This document shows, in pieces, positions 25,431 to 38,069 of a stretch of DNA of 64,000 bases. Positions within the stretch are counted from its first letter, which is position 1. Each line of letters begins with the position of its first letter. Origin of the DNA: an uncultured delta proteobacterium (GTDB lineage: Bacteria; Myxococcota_A; UBA9160; UBA6930); NCBI GenBank assembly GCA_963722885.1, contig CAVROS010000001.1:176235-240234 (forward strand), given 5' to 3'. A program made the position numbers and the translations under genes. The notes beneath the pieces are model-generated. The model had not been told where the DNA came from and made no database searches. It saw only the letters and a program-made list of their open reading frames with translations.

Positions 25431-25777
25431 GCTGACCCGTCGAGATCGCGCGCCACGGTCGCGGCCGCCGCCGCGTCCAGAAACTCGATCCCCATTCCGG
25501 GCGCCCGAGTGGTGGGTGCTCCGGACCTGGCCTGCTGGTGCCAGGCGACGCGTCCCTCGATCTGGTGGACCCGGTCGGATTCCGGCAGCCGGAATCGAAC
25601 CCTGATCGGCGTGCCGATATCGATCGGCTCCTCCGTCTCGATGAACAGACCGCCGGCGCCGAGGGTCGTCGCGTACTCGTAGCGGATACCCGTACTGCCC
25701 TGGAAGTCGACGAGAACGCGGACCTTCCTGCGACGGAATCGGCGTTCCCGCCTTCGAGAGCGGAAGCTGGGGGACAT
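25427..25777 (-). CDS. Stand-alone PilZ-domain protein (TIGR02266-like)
   Basis: Arg-rich RxxxR N-terminus, TLGAGGLFI, GRVAW, PGMGIEF. Confidence 0.85.
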   Translation of the reverse strand: MSPSFRSRRRERRFRRRKVRVLVDFQGSTGIRYEYATTLGAGGLFIETEEPIDIGTPIRVRFRLPESDRVHQIEGRVAWHQQARSGAPTTRAPGMGIEFLDAAAAATVARDLDGSA

Positions 25778-25812
25778 CCGAGGCCTCCTCGCCGCTCAGG
25801 CTCTTCCGAGCC

Positions 25813-28800
25813 TCATAGCGCCTCGACCCACGCATTGATGACGCTTCGCAGCAGGGCGAGGGCTTCGGGGCGATCGGCGACGAGCTGGCTCACGTCCGCC
25901 TCGGGCGGGATCGCCTCGGCATTGTCGCCGCGACCGCCATCACCGGACTGGAGCCAGGCGGTGAGAGCGAGTCGGAACTCGAAATCGCTGGATTCCAGGA
26001 CGCGGGCGCTGGCCAGCCCGCGGAGCTCGGCGCGCCACGCCTCGAAATCGATCGACGCGATGGCCGCCGCGTCGATTTCTCCGAGGGCCTTGCGCACACG
26101 GCGCCTGGCGCGTCGGCCCAGGCTCGAGGAGAGGGCGTTCACCCGGTCGCCTTCGGCACCGACGCGAGGGACCTCCAGCACCAGCTGGGCGACGAGCGTG
26201 ATGACGGAGCCGAACTCGGGGGTGGACAGCGGCGCGAGCGCCGGTGCCGACAGCTCTCCCTCGGCGGCGAGCACTGCGGCGCGGAAGCCCGCCATCGGCC
26301 CCGAGGCCTCGCTCTCACTGCTCTCGGGTCTGCTTCCCGCGCCGAGGGCTTCACCGATCTCCTGGGCGGCTTCCTGCGCGATCCGACGCGCGGCCTCCCA
26401 TACCGGGTCGCTCATGGAGGGGGGGTTCGCGGGGGTTACGGGCGGCTGTGCGGGAGACTGGATCCGCTCTTCGGGCGTCGCAGCACCGAGGGCGCGCAGA
26501 ACGGCGAGCCCCGTCGCCACGCCCAGATCCGAACCGCGTCCGTGCGAGATGCGAAGCAGCGCTCGGATGGAGCCGAGTCGAATCGGCTCCTCCCGAAGCA
26601 GGTCGCGGTGTTGTTCGATCGCCTCGTTCCAGCACTCCGGACGGTGTGCCAGCAGCTCGGCGAGGGCGATTCGCGCATCGCGGAGCTCGGGATCGGCGGC
26701 GATGGCCCGACGGTAGGCAGCGACGGCGCCTTCCACGTCCTCGAGCGGGCCGGCCAGGAGCCGTCCCAGCTGGTGGAGGGCGGGTGCGATGTGCGGAGAT
26801 TCGGCGTCGGGATGCGCGTCCACGAAGCCGGTGAGCACATCGGCCGCTTCACGCCATTCACCGAGGCATCGCAAGAGACGCGCACCCGCCAGAGCGCCCT
26901 CCTGACAGGTGCTCTCGATCCGCGTGGCCTCGCGGTAGGAAGCGGCAGCCTCGCGCCGCTCCCCCTGCTTTTCCAGGGCTCGGGCGCGGATCAGGGCGAT
27001 TCCCGAGCGCTCGGGCACGTCTCCGATCGCGTCGAGAGCGCGTGTCGAGAGGTCGAGGGCCTCGGCGCTCCGCCCTCGGGACCAGAGCAGATCCGCCAGG
27101 AGCAGCCAGGCCCGGCGCGACCTGCGGGCATACCGCCGTGGCCTCGCGCAGCAGCACCTCGGCGGGCTCTTCGCGTCCCTCCCGTCCGATCTCCAGCTCG
27201 CCAGCGCGGACCAGGCGCTCGGCCCGCTCCTTGGCGTCGCTCGCCCGGGCTGCCCAGCCCTGGAGTGCGTTCACCGCCTCGTCGATCCGGGAGAGGCTCT
27301 CGTAGATCGCGACGAGACCGCCGTGTGCCTGGTCGAGGCCCGGATCCAGCTCGATCGCTTCGGTGTAGCGTTCCAGGGCGGCCTGAGGGTCGTCGGCCTC
27401 GAGGCTGGCCCCGAGCAGGCACAGGTGGCTGGCTCGGTCGGGGTCGGGAGTGTCGAGGCGGAGGCGTGCCTCCAGCGCCAGCCGGGCGCCCTCCCGGTCG
27501 CCGAGGTCGAAGAGGAGCTCGCCCCTCGCGGCAAGCGCCTCGGCGTGGAGCGGGGAGATCTCGAGGGCAGCGCCGTACAGGCGCGCCGCAGGCTCCAGGC
27601 ACTCCAGGGATCGTGCAGCCTGTCCGCCGATCAAGGCGGTCTCCAGGCGAGTTGCATCGTCGAGCTCCGCACCGCCGGCCGCCAGCTCGAGGGCGAGCTC
27701 GGCCGCCCGCTTCGCCTGGGCTCGTCTTCCCAGAGCGAAGGCGACCCGGGTGAGCATCGCCTCTGCCACCGCCAGAGCCGGATCGGCGGTGACGGCGCGT
27801 TCCAGTAGCGTCGCTGCCCACTCGGCATCGCTGGCTTCGATCAGCGTCGCCGCCCGGTAGCGACGCGTGGCAGACTCCCCTCCAGCCAGACAGTCGGCGG
27901 CCTTCTCCAGGGCTTCGGCAGCCGAGTGCGCCTCTCCGCGCGCCTCCCAGAGCCGCGCCGCCGTGTCCCAGGCATTCGCGTTCTCGGGCTCCGCGTCCAG
28001 AGCGCGCTGCACGCGCGCCAGGGCCTCGTCGGGCTGATCCAGCTCTTCGAGCGTTCGGGCCAGGAGCAGGTGGTCGCCACCGGACGCACCGGATTCGGGG
28101 TCATCGCACCAGCTCGCGAAGACCTCGGCGAAGCGATCGGGTCGATCCAGGCGTTGGTAGAGATCCGCCCACTCGCGACGGCTGTTCACGGGCAGCTCGC
28201 CGATCTCAGCGGCGGCCTGGTAGTCGCGGGTGGCTCGTTCGAGTTCGCCCGTATGGGTGCGGGCCAGCTCGCCGGCGCGAAGCCAGGCGGTCTTGCGGCG
28301 TTCCGGCTCGGCGTCGCCGAGGATCTCGACCTCACTCTCGTAGAGATCCAGCGCGCCGCGCCAGTCCTCCATCATCTCGAAGAGCGATTCGAGGGAGCGG
28401 AGCGAGACGAGATCGCTCGGCTCCGCCTCCAGAGCTGCAGCGAAGGCGCGGCTCGCCCTGGTCGTCGAGTCGAGCTGCTCCCAGGCGACCTGACCGAGTC
28501 GCCGGTAGAGTGCGGCCCGTTCCCGATTCGAGAGCGACTGCGCCTGCTCGAGCTCTGTTTCGAGGGTTCGCGCCACTTCCTCGTAGTCGCCGACCTGGTC
28601 GCTTGACGCCGCGCAGACCGCGGATCGCATCGAGATTCTGCGGATCTCGGGCGAGCACCTCACGGAAGGCGTCGGCCGCCTTGCAGGGTCGGTGAAGGCG
28701 TTCGCGGCGTAGCCGCGCCAGCTCGAGCCAGAGGTCCGCCTCCTCTCGTTGCACCTCGACCGTCTGGGGGCGCTCGTCGCCCTCTTCGCCGAGATCGAGC

Positions 28801-31800
28801 GCGGGTGCGCTCCGAGCCAGGCGTTGGCTCAGCCGTTGCTCGAGCTCGATGTCGTTTCGCCCGGCGCGGAGCAGGCTGAGCAGGGCTTTCTCGGCCTCTT
28901 CGAAGCGGCTCGGATCTTGGCCGTCTCCGGCCGCGATGCCGCCGTCCACGAGTTTGCGAAGGTGCCGGAGCGCGGCCTCTGGACGGCCGAGCTCAGCGTT
29001 GTAGACCCGGGCCAGCTCGAGCTGGAGCTCTCGCCTCCGCTCGTCGAACACCTCTGCCCCGGGGTCGAAGGAGGCGAGCTCCTCCTCCGCCGTGCGAGTC
29101 CAGAGATCCCTTCGTCCAAGCGACAGAAAGACCGAGCTCAGGCGGCCCAGTAGCTCGACCCGATCGACGCCGGAACTCGGTGCCTCGCACAGGGCTGCCC
29201 ACAGCTGGTCCGCGGCAGACGAGGGCTGGCCCAGGGCAACGGCGTAGAGCTCCGCTGCGGTGCGTCGCAGATCGAGGCGCTCTTCGGCGCTGGCCCCTTC
29301 GATCAGGAGCTCGAGGATTTCGGCCTGCTCTCGCGGGCGACGGGTATCGCGATAGAGCTGTTCGAGCCGTTCCAGCACGGCCCGGGACGCCGGGTCCGCG
29401 ACGCGGGCGGCTTCGAGGGCGGCGATCGCACGCCCCGGCGCACCCATCTGCTGCTCCAGGATGTCGGCCCGCTCGAGCTCGAGGGCACAGAGGCGGCCCG
29501 GATCCGGAGATAGCGCGATCTCGTCTTCCAGGGCGCGCAGCACCGCTTCCCGGCGGCCGGCCTGCCTGTGAACGTCGGCGATCCGGGCCACCACGGAAGC
29601 GTCCTCGCTGCGGAGGGCGCGGAGGCGTTCGAGCCAGGGGAGGGCGGCATCGCTGGTGAGATGGGTGGCGGCGATCTCGGCGGCCTCCGCGCAGATCGCG
29701 GCCTTGCCCGTTCTGGTCCTCGCCCGCCGCACAACGCAGCTCGAGCTCGAGGGATTCCAGCACCGCCGGCCAATCGCCCAGGCTTTCGAGAAGAGTCTCG
29801 AAGCTCGCTTCTCGCCTCGTCTGAGCTCGCGTCCAGTGCGATGGCGCTCCGGAAGGATTCCACCGCTTCCTCGGGGCGGGCGAGCTCGCCGGCCAGGATT
29901 CGGGCGCGCCGGGTCAGAAGCCGAGCGCGCTCGACGGGGCTTCGGGTCCTCTCGAGCGCGACCTCCAGCAGCTCGAGCCATTCGGCCGTTCGGCCCATCT
30001 GCTCGGCGAGCTGCATCGCCCGCCCGAGCGCCAGGACGTGGCCGGGTTCGATCTCGAGAACACGGCGAAGATGCCGCAGGGCGTCCCCGGGCCGGGAGAG
30101 CGAGCCCTCCAGCAGCGTCGCCAGCTCCATCCGGATCGGCACCTCCTCGGCGCCGCCGATCCGCGAGAGCTCGGCTTCGAGCAGTTGCACGAGGGGCTCG
30201 GTTTCTCCGAGGCGCCGGTAGATGTCCCGCAGTGCGCTCGGGGCGCCCCGGTCATCGGGTCGTTCCGCCAGCACCTGCCGGTACGACCCGGCGGCGGAGG
30301 CGAAGTCGCCACGCCTGCGCAGGGCGTCGCCCATCCGGAGGTACCAGTCGCTTCGCTCCAGGGCGTCCTCGCAGGCGACGGCTGCGCGTTCGCAGAGCTG
30401 GATCAGGTCGCCATCGCGACCCGCGCGCTGGTAGAGATCGGCCAACGGCTCGGCGACGACCGACAGGGCGTCGTCTTCCCCGGCCGTGGGCGCGAGCATC
30501 TCGATGGCTCCGTCCACGTCGTCCAGGGGGCCCGAGCGCAGAGCAGCGATACGGATCCGCAAGGAGATCTCTGGCCCGCGGCGGTCCAGCTCGCCCGAGT
30601 CGGCTCCGTCGGCTGTCTCCGGCTCGGATTGGAGAGCTGTGAGTCGCGTCTCGAGAACGCGGGCCAGGTCGGCGTGGCGTTCCTCGACGCTCAGCTGCTC
30701 GACCAGGAACTCGCTGGCCAGTGCGTGGGTCGGATCCAGGGAGAGGACCTTCTCGTAGTGGACAGCTGCCCGCGCCGGATCGGCGCAAGCTCCGACGCAG
30801 AGCTCCGCTGCCCTCGCGTGAAGGGCCAGGGCGCGCTCCGGGTCCGGCCCGGTCTCGAGCTCGGATTCCAGCGCAGTCAGGAGATCCTGGGGTCGGTCCT
30901 CCTCCTGGTAGAGCCGGGCCAGGGCTCTGCCAGACATCGGCGCGGTCGGCGCGCAGAGCAGCGGCGGCCTCCAGGTGCGCGATGGCGTCGTCGGGATCGA
31001 TCAGGCGATCGCGACACAGAGTTCCGAGCCGTTGTCGGATCTCGAAGTCGTCCTCGGGAGATCCGTGGCCGAGCTTCGCCACCAGGCGGTCGCGCGCGGT
31101 CTCCCACTCGCCGAGCCGCTCCAGGAGCGCGTCGAGCCGACGCTCGGCTTCCGCCGCCACCGCGGTTTCGCCGTCGGCGAGAGCGGTGAGCAGCTGCCTG
31201 GCTTCGTCCTCCCGGTGCAGCGTCTGTTCGAGAATCGTCGCCCGCTCGAGCTCCAGGGGCGCTCGGGCTTCGTCATCCTGCTCCTCGGCCGAGCGCGCCT
31301 CGAGCAATTCACAAAGACCCGCGAGATCGTTCGACTCGCGGAGCGCCCGCTCGAGGCTGGCGCGGATCCTCGGACACTCCGGCTCCCGCTCGTAGACCTC
31401 TCGGAACAGGGCCGCCGCCTGGGCGGGGAGACCCAGCCGATTCTGCAGGATCTCGGCGCGGCGCAGATCGAGATCGCGGGCCTCGGGGGACTGCGAGTCG
31501 AGCTCCCGGCGTCGCTCGCAAGAGCCGTTCGCTGAGCGCTTCGAAGCGCCCGGTTCGCTCCAGGAGGTTCTCGAGTCGCTCCCCCGAGTCCTGCGGAGCA
31601 TCGGGGGTTCGCGCCAGCTCCGCGAAGACGGGAATCGCCGACTCGGCGTCGTCGAGTCGGTCCGAGAGGATCACACCCAGGGCGTGGAGGCATTCGATGC
31701 GCTCTTCGGGAGAGACGAGCTCCGCCAGGTGGCGGCGCACCTCGACCGCCTCCCGCAGGCGCTCGCTGTCCTCCAGGAGAGGCTGCAGGGCGCGAAGACT

Positions 31801-33801
31801 CAGAAGATCGTCCGGGTCTGCTTCGAGAGCGCTCCGGTAGGCGTCGATGGCGGCTTCGACCTCGCCATCGGCGGCGCGCAGCTCCGCCAGGCGTCGGCGA
31901 TTCGCCGCCTGTTCCTCGCCCTGGAGCAGCCCGTCGAGGCGCTCCAGGGTCTCGCGCAGCTCGCTCGAGTGGTGCAGGACTTCCTGGAGCCGGGCGCAGG
32001 TCTGGAGTGCCTGCTGGTCCTCGGGCATCGCGACCACCAGGCGCTCGACCCAGAGCAGTGCCTCGTCGAGCTGATCCCGCTCCTCGAAGATTCGCGCCAG
32101 CTCCCAGACCAGGAAGGAGAGACGGCTTCGGTCGGTGGTGACGCTGGCCTCCCGCTCGAACGCCTCGACGATGGCGTCTTCGTCCCCGCTGTCCAGCGCG
32201 ATTCGCTCGATTCCCTGGAGGGCTGGCCGAGCGGTCGGATCGATGCCGATGGCCGCCTCGAAGGACCGGCGGGCCGCCTCGACGTCCTGGAACTGCTCGA
32301 GCATCAGCTCGCCGAGGGCGCAGTGAAGCTCGACCGAGCGCCTGCCCGTCGTCCTCTCGAGGCCGTTTTCCAGGTGCCTGCGAAGCTTCTCCCAGCTCTC
32401 CGTCTTGCGATAGAGCCGTTCCAGAGCGTCGACGATCAGCTTCTGTTCCGGATCCTCAGCGCTGGCGCGCTCGAAGGCGTCGATGGCGGCCTCGGTATCG
32501 GCCAGCTGCTCTTCGTGGAGGGAGCCGAGCCGGGCCAGGGCCAGGGCGCGACCGCTCGGGTCGCCTGCGGCCAGGGTGGCCTGCTGTTCGAGGATCTCCA
32601 CGAGCTCCTCGTCACGCCCGAGACGCGTGAGGTCGTCGGCGAGCTCGTGGAGCAGCTGGGCGTTTCCCGGATCATGCTCCAGAGCGCGGCGGAGCTCCGA
32701 CACGGCCTCGGAGCGATCTCCCTGCTCCCGCGAGAGCGTGGCGAGCTCGCGCAGGATCTCCGCTGGCATCGCGCCCTTGGCGAGATCGGATGCGCGTCGC
32801 AGGTGGTCGGTCAGGGCCTCCCGGTTTCCCGCGAGCCGCTCGACGTCCGCCAGCGCAAGGTGGTTCTCCGGATCGTCCGGGAAGAGCTCGAGGGCGCGGG
32901 AGAACCAGAGACGTGCGCCCTGGGGATTTCGCAATCGTTCCAGATGCAGGCGTCCCCCCTCATGGGCGATGGTGGCCCGTAGCTGCGCTCCCGAGGCCAG
33001 GTCGAAGCGCCTCTCGTAGAGCTCGGCGACCAGCTCCCATCGCTCATCCGCGGCGGCGCGTTCGAGCAAGGCTTCGAGGGCGATCTCGCAGCGGGGATCG
33101 TCGGTGAGGGCCTGGCGGAAGAGCTCCTCGGCGCCGTCCGCGTCTTCGAGAGGGCCGTCCTTGAGGCGGGCCAGCTGCACCACCGCGGGTGCGCGGTCCG
33201 GCCCCCGCAGGTGTTCGATGGCGCGCTCCAGCGCTCGCGCCGCAGCCGGCGCTTCACCCAGCTCCTCCCTGGCCTGCGCCAGACCGAGCAGGGCGGTCAC
33301 GTGATCCGGGTCGTTCTCGAGCGCTCGCTCGAACAGGGTCGCTCCCTGTGCCGCGTCGCCGAGCTTCAGGTGCCAGATCTCGCCCATCTCGGTCGAGAAG
33401 GCGGCCTGCTCGAAGGGGCGCATGGGCAGCTGAGCCTGAACCTCGGCGACCTGGAGGGCGAGCTCCCATTTCTCCTGCGCCGCGTAGATCTTTCGCAGCT
33501 GCACCAGCGCCGGCTGGAAGCCCGGGTCCAGACGAACGACGCTCTCGTAGGCCTCTGCCGCTCGGTCGACCTGCAGACAGCGCTCCTCGAGAACCTGGGC
33601 CAGCCGGAAGGCGACCCTCGCCCGCTTCTTGGGGCTCTTCTCCGGGTCCAGGTCGGGCGATCCGAGTCTGCGCTCGTACAGGGTGACGAGATCGTTCCAC
33701 TCGCCGTTCACGAAGTGATGCTCTTCGAGAGCCTCGAAGGCGGCGGCAACCGAAGGATCGGATTCGAATTGATTCTTCAGCCGCTGCAGATTGGCATCCA
33801 C
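25813..33801 (-). CDS. Giant TPR-repeat protein (about 2,660 aa), broken by about six apparent frameshifts
   Basis: Continuous TPR-like repeats (ALEADP, ALERLY, W..L...LE) pass between frames near 31520, 30925, 29795, 29705, 28610 and 27115; GTG start with a G-rich RBS. Confidence 0.8.
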
Positions 33802-33842
33802 AGGTATCCCCCCCTGGGATTCATCGATGAGTCCCCGATCAC

Positions 33843-33871
33843 CCATCGGCGCTTCGATCCGGCATCTTGAA
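33843..33871 (-). promoter_or_regulatory. Candidate sigma28-like promoter for the giant TPR-PilZ unit
   Basis: Minus strand TTCAAG-N15-GCCGATGG, 41 nt before the start. Confidence 0.6.
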
Positions 33872-33880
33872 CGGATTCGG

Positions 33881-33909
33881 TTGCAGCGGGTTCTTCGTTT
33901 GATTAGATT
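33881..33909 (+). promoter_or_regulatory. Sigma70-type promoter for ntrY
   Basis: TTGCAG-N17-TAGATT. Confidence 0.55.
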
Positions 33910-33932
33910 TTTCGCGGGTTTACATGAGTACC

Positions 33933-36216
33933 ATGCCGTCCGATCCGCCTCCCGAAACGCTCGCCGAGACGAGCGACCTGCCGGACGCCGAGCGTCGCCG
34001 CCGCCGCCGCGATCTGGTCATCACCGCAGCAGTGATTGCGGCGATCACCGCTGTGGTGTTGGTCGAGCGTCGGATTGCCAGCCTGCCCCGCGCGCTCCCC
34101 TTCGGCGACAGCCTGCTCTTCCTGTTCCTGAACGCCTTGAACGTGATTCTGATCGTCCTGCTGATCTACCTGATCTCCAGAAGCTTCGTGAAGCTCATCT
34201 TCGAGCGGCGTTCAGGAGCCCTGGGCTCGCACCTGAATCTGAAGTTCGCACTGGCCCTCTTCCTGGTGGCGGCGGTGCCCGATGGGGCTCCAGTACGTGG
34301 TCTCCTCCTCGTTCATCACCGCTTCCATCGATACCTGGTTCAGCCTGCAGATGGACCGGGCCATCGACGACAGCCGAGAGGTGGCCGATGCCTACTACGA
34401 CGCCTGGACGGGCAACGCCCTGCATTTCGGTACCCAGATCTCCGAGGAGATCAGCGCTCAGAGGCTGCTCCGCGAGGGGAACAACGAAGAGCTGGCCGCC
34501 TTCGTCCAGGTCAAGCAGCGGGAGTACAACCTCGGCGTGGTCCAGATCTTTCCCTTTGCCGAGGCCGAGCCCATCGCCACGCTGGTGAACCCGGAGATCC
34601 CGGCGGCGGCCTTCGTGAAGCGGGACAGCCGGATCGTCGCCTCCGCGCTCGAGGGGGAGCGGGCTTCCGTCGTCGAGGGCACCGGCACCGAAATCGGCGA
34701 CGTGATCCGAGGCGCCGTGCCGATCTACTCGTCGGATCCCGCCCGCCCGGGAGAGGTGGTGGGCGCGGTGGTCGTGAACCACCTGGTGCCCCACCCTCTG
34801 GTGTACAAGGTCGGCGTGATCCGCGCAGCCATCGAGGAATACCGCGCGATTCAGCCCTTCGCGGGCCGGATCGCCGGTGTCTATCAGCTGGTCCTGCTGC
34901 TCTTTTCCCTGATGATCGTGCTCTTCGCCGTGTGGTGGGGGCTGCGCATGGCGAAGGGAGTGACGGATCCGATCAACGCCCTGGTGGAGGGAACCGAGAA
35001 GGTCGCGCGGGGAAATCTGAACGTCGTCGTCCAGGCCAGCTCCAACGACGAGATCGGCTTCCTGGTCCGCTCCTTCAATCAGATGACCCGCGACCTCCGC
35101 GAGGCCCTCTCGGGCCTGGAGCTCTCCAATACCGAGCTCGACCAGCGCCGCCGATACATGGAGATCGTGCTGCGCAACGTGGACGCAGGGGTGGTCTCCG
35201 TCGACGCCGAGGGCCGCATCGGTACCATCAATCCCTCGGCCCAGCGCCTGCTCGGCATCGCCCCCGGCACGGGCGTGATCGGCAGCAAGCTCGAGGAGGT
35301 GCTGACCCAGACCGAGTACCTGGACGTGGTCCGCGAGCTCAGCAGTCAGACCCGCCCGGGCATGCGCGAGAGCGTCCGCCAGCAGGTGCAGGTACCGAGC
35401 GGCGACGAGATGCTCACCCTGCTGGTGACACTGACACTGCTTCAGGACTACGACGGAAGGCCGATCGGCTCGGTGTTGGTCTTCGACGACTACACCCAGG
35501 AGGTGAGGGCGCAGCGCATGGCGGCCTGGCGGGAGGTGGCGCGGCGGATCGCCCACGAGATCAAGAACCCGCTTACGCCGATCCAGCTCTCCGCGCAGAG
35601 AATCCGCCGGCGCTTCCGCGATCGCCTGGACGGATCACCCCGGGATGCCCAGGTCCTCGACGAGTGCGTGGACACCATCACCAGCCAGGTCGAGGGCCTG
35701 AAGGTGCTCGTCAACGAGTTCTCCAACTTCGCGCGCCTGCCCGCGGCGAATCCCAAGCCCGACGATCTCAATCAGCTGGTCCAGGAGGCGATCTCCAGCT
35801 ACGCGGGAACCGACGGTGTGAGGTTCGAGACGGACCTGGCTCCGCAGCTTCCGCGCGTGGATCTCGACCGCGAGCAGATCCGCCGGGTGCTCACCAACAT
35901 GATCGACAACGCCACGGCCGCCGTGCTCGAGGGCGCCGCGGAGCCGGGAGGGACCGGCTGCATCGAGGTGCGCACCGTTCACGATGCCCCGCTGCAGACG
36001 GTGAGGCTCGAGATCGCCGACGACGGCATCGGTATTTCGCCGGGGGATCGCAGGCGGATCTTCGAGCCCTATTTCTCCACCAAGGACCACGGATCGGGTC
36101 TCGGCCTGGCGATCGTCTCTCGTATCATCGCGGACCATCACGGCTATATTCGTGTACACGGGAATCGACCCCGCGGAACCCGCTTCATTGTCGAGCTTCC
36201 CGTACGGAGCATCTGA
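33933..36216 (+). CDS. ntrY: NtrY-like HAMP/PAS sensor histidine kinase; apparent frameshift about 34280
   Basis: TM segments, SIDTWF, HAMP, PAS, AWREVARRIAHEIKNPLTPI, DDGIG, GSGLGL. Confidence 0.88.
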
Positions 36217-36219
36217 GGC

Positions 36220-37576
36220 TTGAATCGCATCCTGATCGTCGACGACGAGGAGAGCATCCGGCGTTCCCTGGCGGGAATCCTCTCCGACGAGGGCTTCGAG
36301 ACCGACTCCGTCGCGGACGGTGAGAGTGCGCTGACTGCGCTGCGGCAAGGGGAGGAGGTCCCGGACCTGGTGCTCCTCGACATCGCCATGCCCGGCCGCG
36401 ACGGCGTCGAGATCCTGGCGGAGATCCGCCAGGCCTGGCCGGCCCTGCCGGTGGTGATGATGAGCGGTCACGGGACGATCGAGACCGCCGTACGCGCCAC
36501 ACAGCTCGGCGCCTTCGACTTCATCGAGAAGCCACTCTCCATCGAGAAGCTGCTGCTGACCCTGCGCCATGCCCTGGATCGCACCCGCCTCGAGCGCGAG
36601 AACCAGCAGCTCCGGTCCGAGAGCATTCGAGCCCACCAGATTCTCGGGAAATCGGCGCCCATCAAGAAGCTGAAGGAGCAGATCCAGGTCGCCGCACCGA
36701 CCAACGGCTGGGTGTTGATCACCGGCGAGAACGGGACCGGAAAGGAGATGGTGGCGAAGCAGATCCATCTCCAGAGCAAGCGCGCGGAGAAGCCCTTCGT
36801 GGAGGTGAACTGCGCCGCCATTCCCGAGGAGCTGATCGAGTCCGAGCTCTTTGGCCACGAGAAGGGGGCGTTCACCGGGGCGATCGCCCAGAAGCGCGGC
36901 AAGTTCGAGCTCGCCAACGAGGGGACGATCTTTCTCGACGAGATCGGGGACATGAGCCTGCGTACGCAGGCCAAGATTCTGCGCATCCTTCAGGAGCACA
37001 AGTTCGAGCGGGTGGGTGGCACCGATACCATCGACGTGGACGTTCGCGTGATCGCCGCGAGCAACAAGAGTCTGGAGAAGGAGATCCAGGAGGGGCACTT
37101 CCGGGAGGACCTGTACTACCGACTCAACGTGATCCCCTTCCACGTTCCGCCCCTGCGGGAACGCCGCGAGGATCTGCCGATCCTGGCCAAGTCTTTCGTG
37201 GAGGAGTTCTGCGCGGAATCCGGAGCCCGGCGCAAGCAGATCGCCCCCAGGGCCATGAGCCGGCTCCAGTCCTACGCGTGGCCCGGCAACGTCCGCGAGC
37301 TCCGCAACCTGATGGAGCGTCTGGTGCTGATGACGCCGGGGCCCAAGATCCGCGCCGAGGATCTGCCTCAGGATCTCGGGGACCGCGAGCAGCGCGAGGA
37401 TAGTCGAGGGAATCACCCTCGGAGAGGCTCGCAAGGATTTCGAGCGGGAGTTCCTGATCGCCCGCCTCCGGGAGAACGACTGGAACATCTCCCGCACCGC
37501 CGAGGGGATCGGGATCGCCCGGGAGAGCCTGTCGCGAAAGGTGCGCAGCCTCGAAATCAAGGTGCCGCGTGATTGA
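36220..37576 (+). CDS. ntrX: NtrX-like sigma54-dependent response regulator; apparent frameshift about 37405 before the Fis-type HTH
   Basis: Receiver domain (VDDE, LLDI, SGHG, EKP), [22 protein letters not shown]; the shifted frame gives FEREFL...[19 protein letters not shown]. Confidence 0.88.
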
Positions 37577-38003
37577 GGTCTCGAGCGCCGACCCGGCCGA
37601 CATTCCCGCAATCGCCTCCCTCGCCGCCGCTTCGCTTCCGCAACCCTGGCCGGCTCGCGTCTTCGAGAAGGAGCTTCGGCTGGCGGAGGCCCGACTCTGG
37701 GTGGCCAAGGAGGAAGCTCGGAGCATCGGCTTTCTGGCCGCGCGTCGGGTCGTCGATGAAGTCCACGTCCTCTCCGTCGCCGTCGCTTCGGCACAGCGCA
37801 GGCGCGGCGTGGCGCGGTCGCTGCTGGATGCGGTGCTGCGCGACGAGACGGCCAGCGGAGCTCGCACCGCGCTCCTCGAGGTCCGGGCGTCGAATCTCGC
37901 CGCGCGTGCCTTCTACGCGAGCACCGGATTCGTCGCGGTCGGCCAGAGACCGCGCTATTACGCCAACGGCGAAGACGCCTTGCTGATGACGAGGTCGACC
38001 TGA
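37569..38003 (+). CDS. rimI: Ribosomal protein S18 alanine N-acetyltransferase
   Basis: AV...RRRGVA, LEVRASN, FY...GF, RPRYY..GEDA. Confidence 0.9.
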   Translation: MIEVSSADPADIPAIASLAAASLPQPWPARVFEKELRLAEARLWVAKEEARSIGFLAARRVVDEVHVLSVAVASAQRRRGVARSLLDAVLRDETASGARTALLEVRASNLAARAFYASTGFVAVGQRPRYYANGEDALLMTRST

Positions 38004-38069
38004 AGCGGCACGCCAGGAGTCGAGGAAGCTACCGCGTGGCGGAAGGTCGAAGGGGGACGGATTTCCAGA

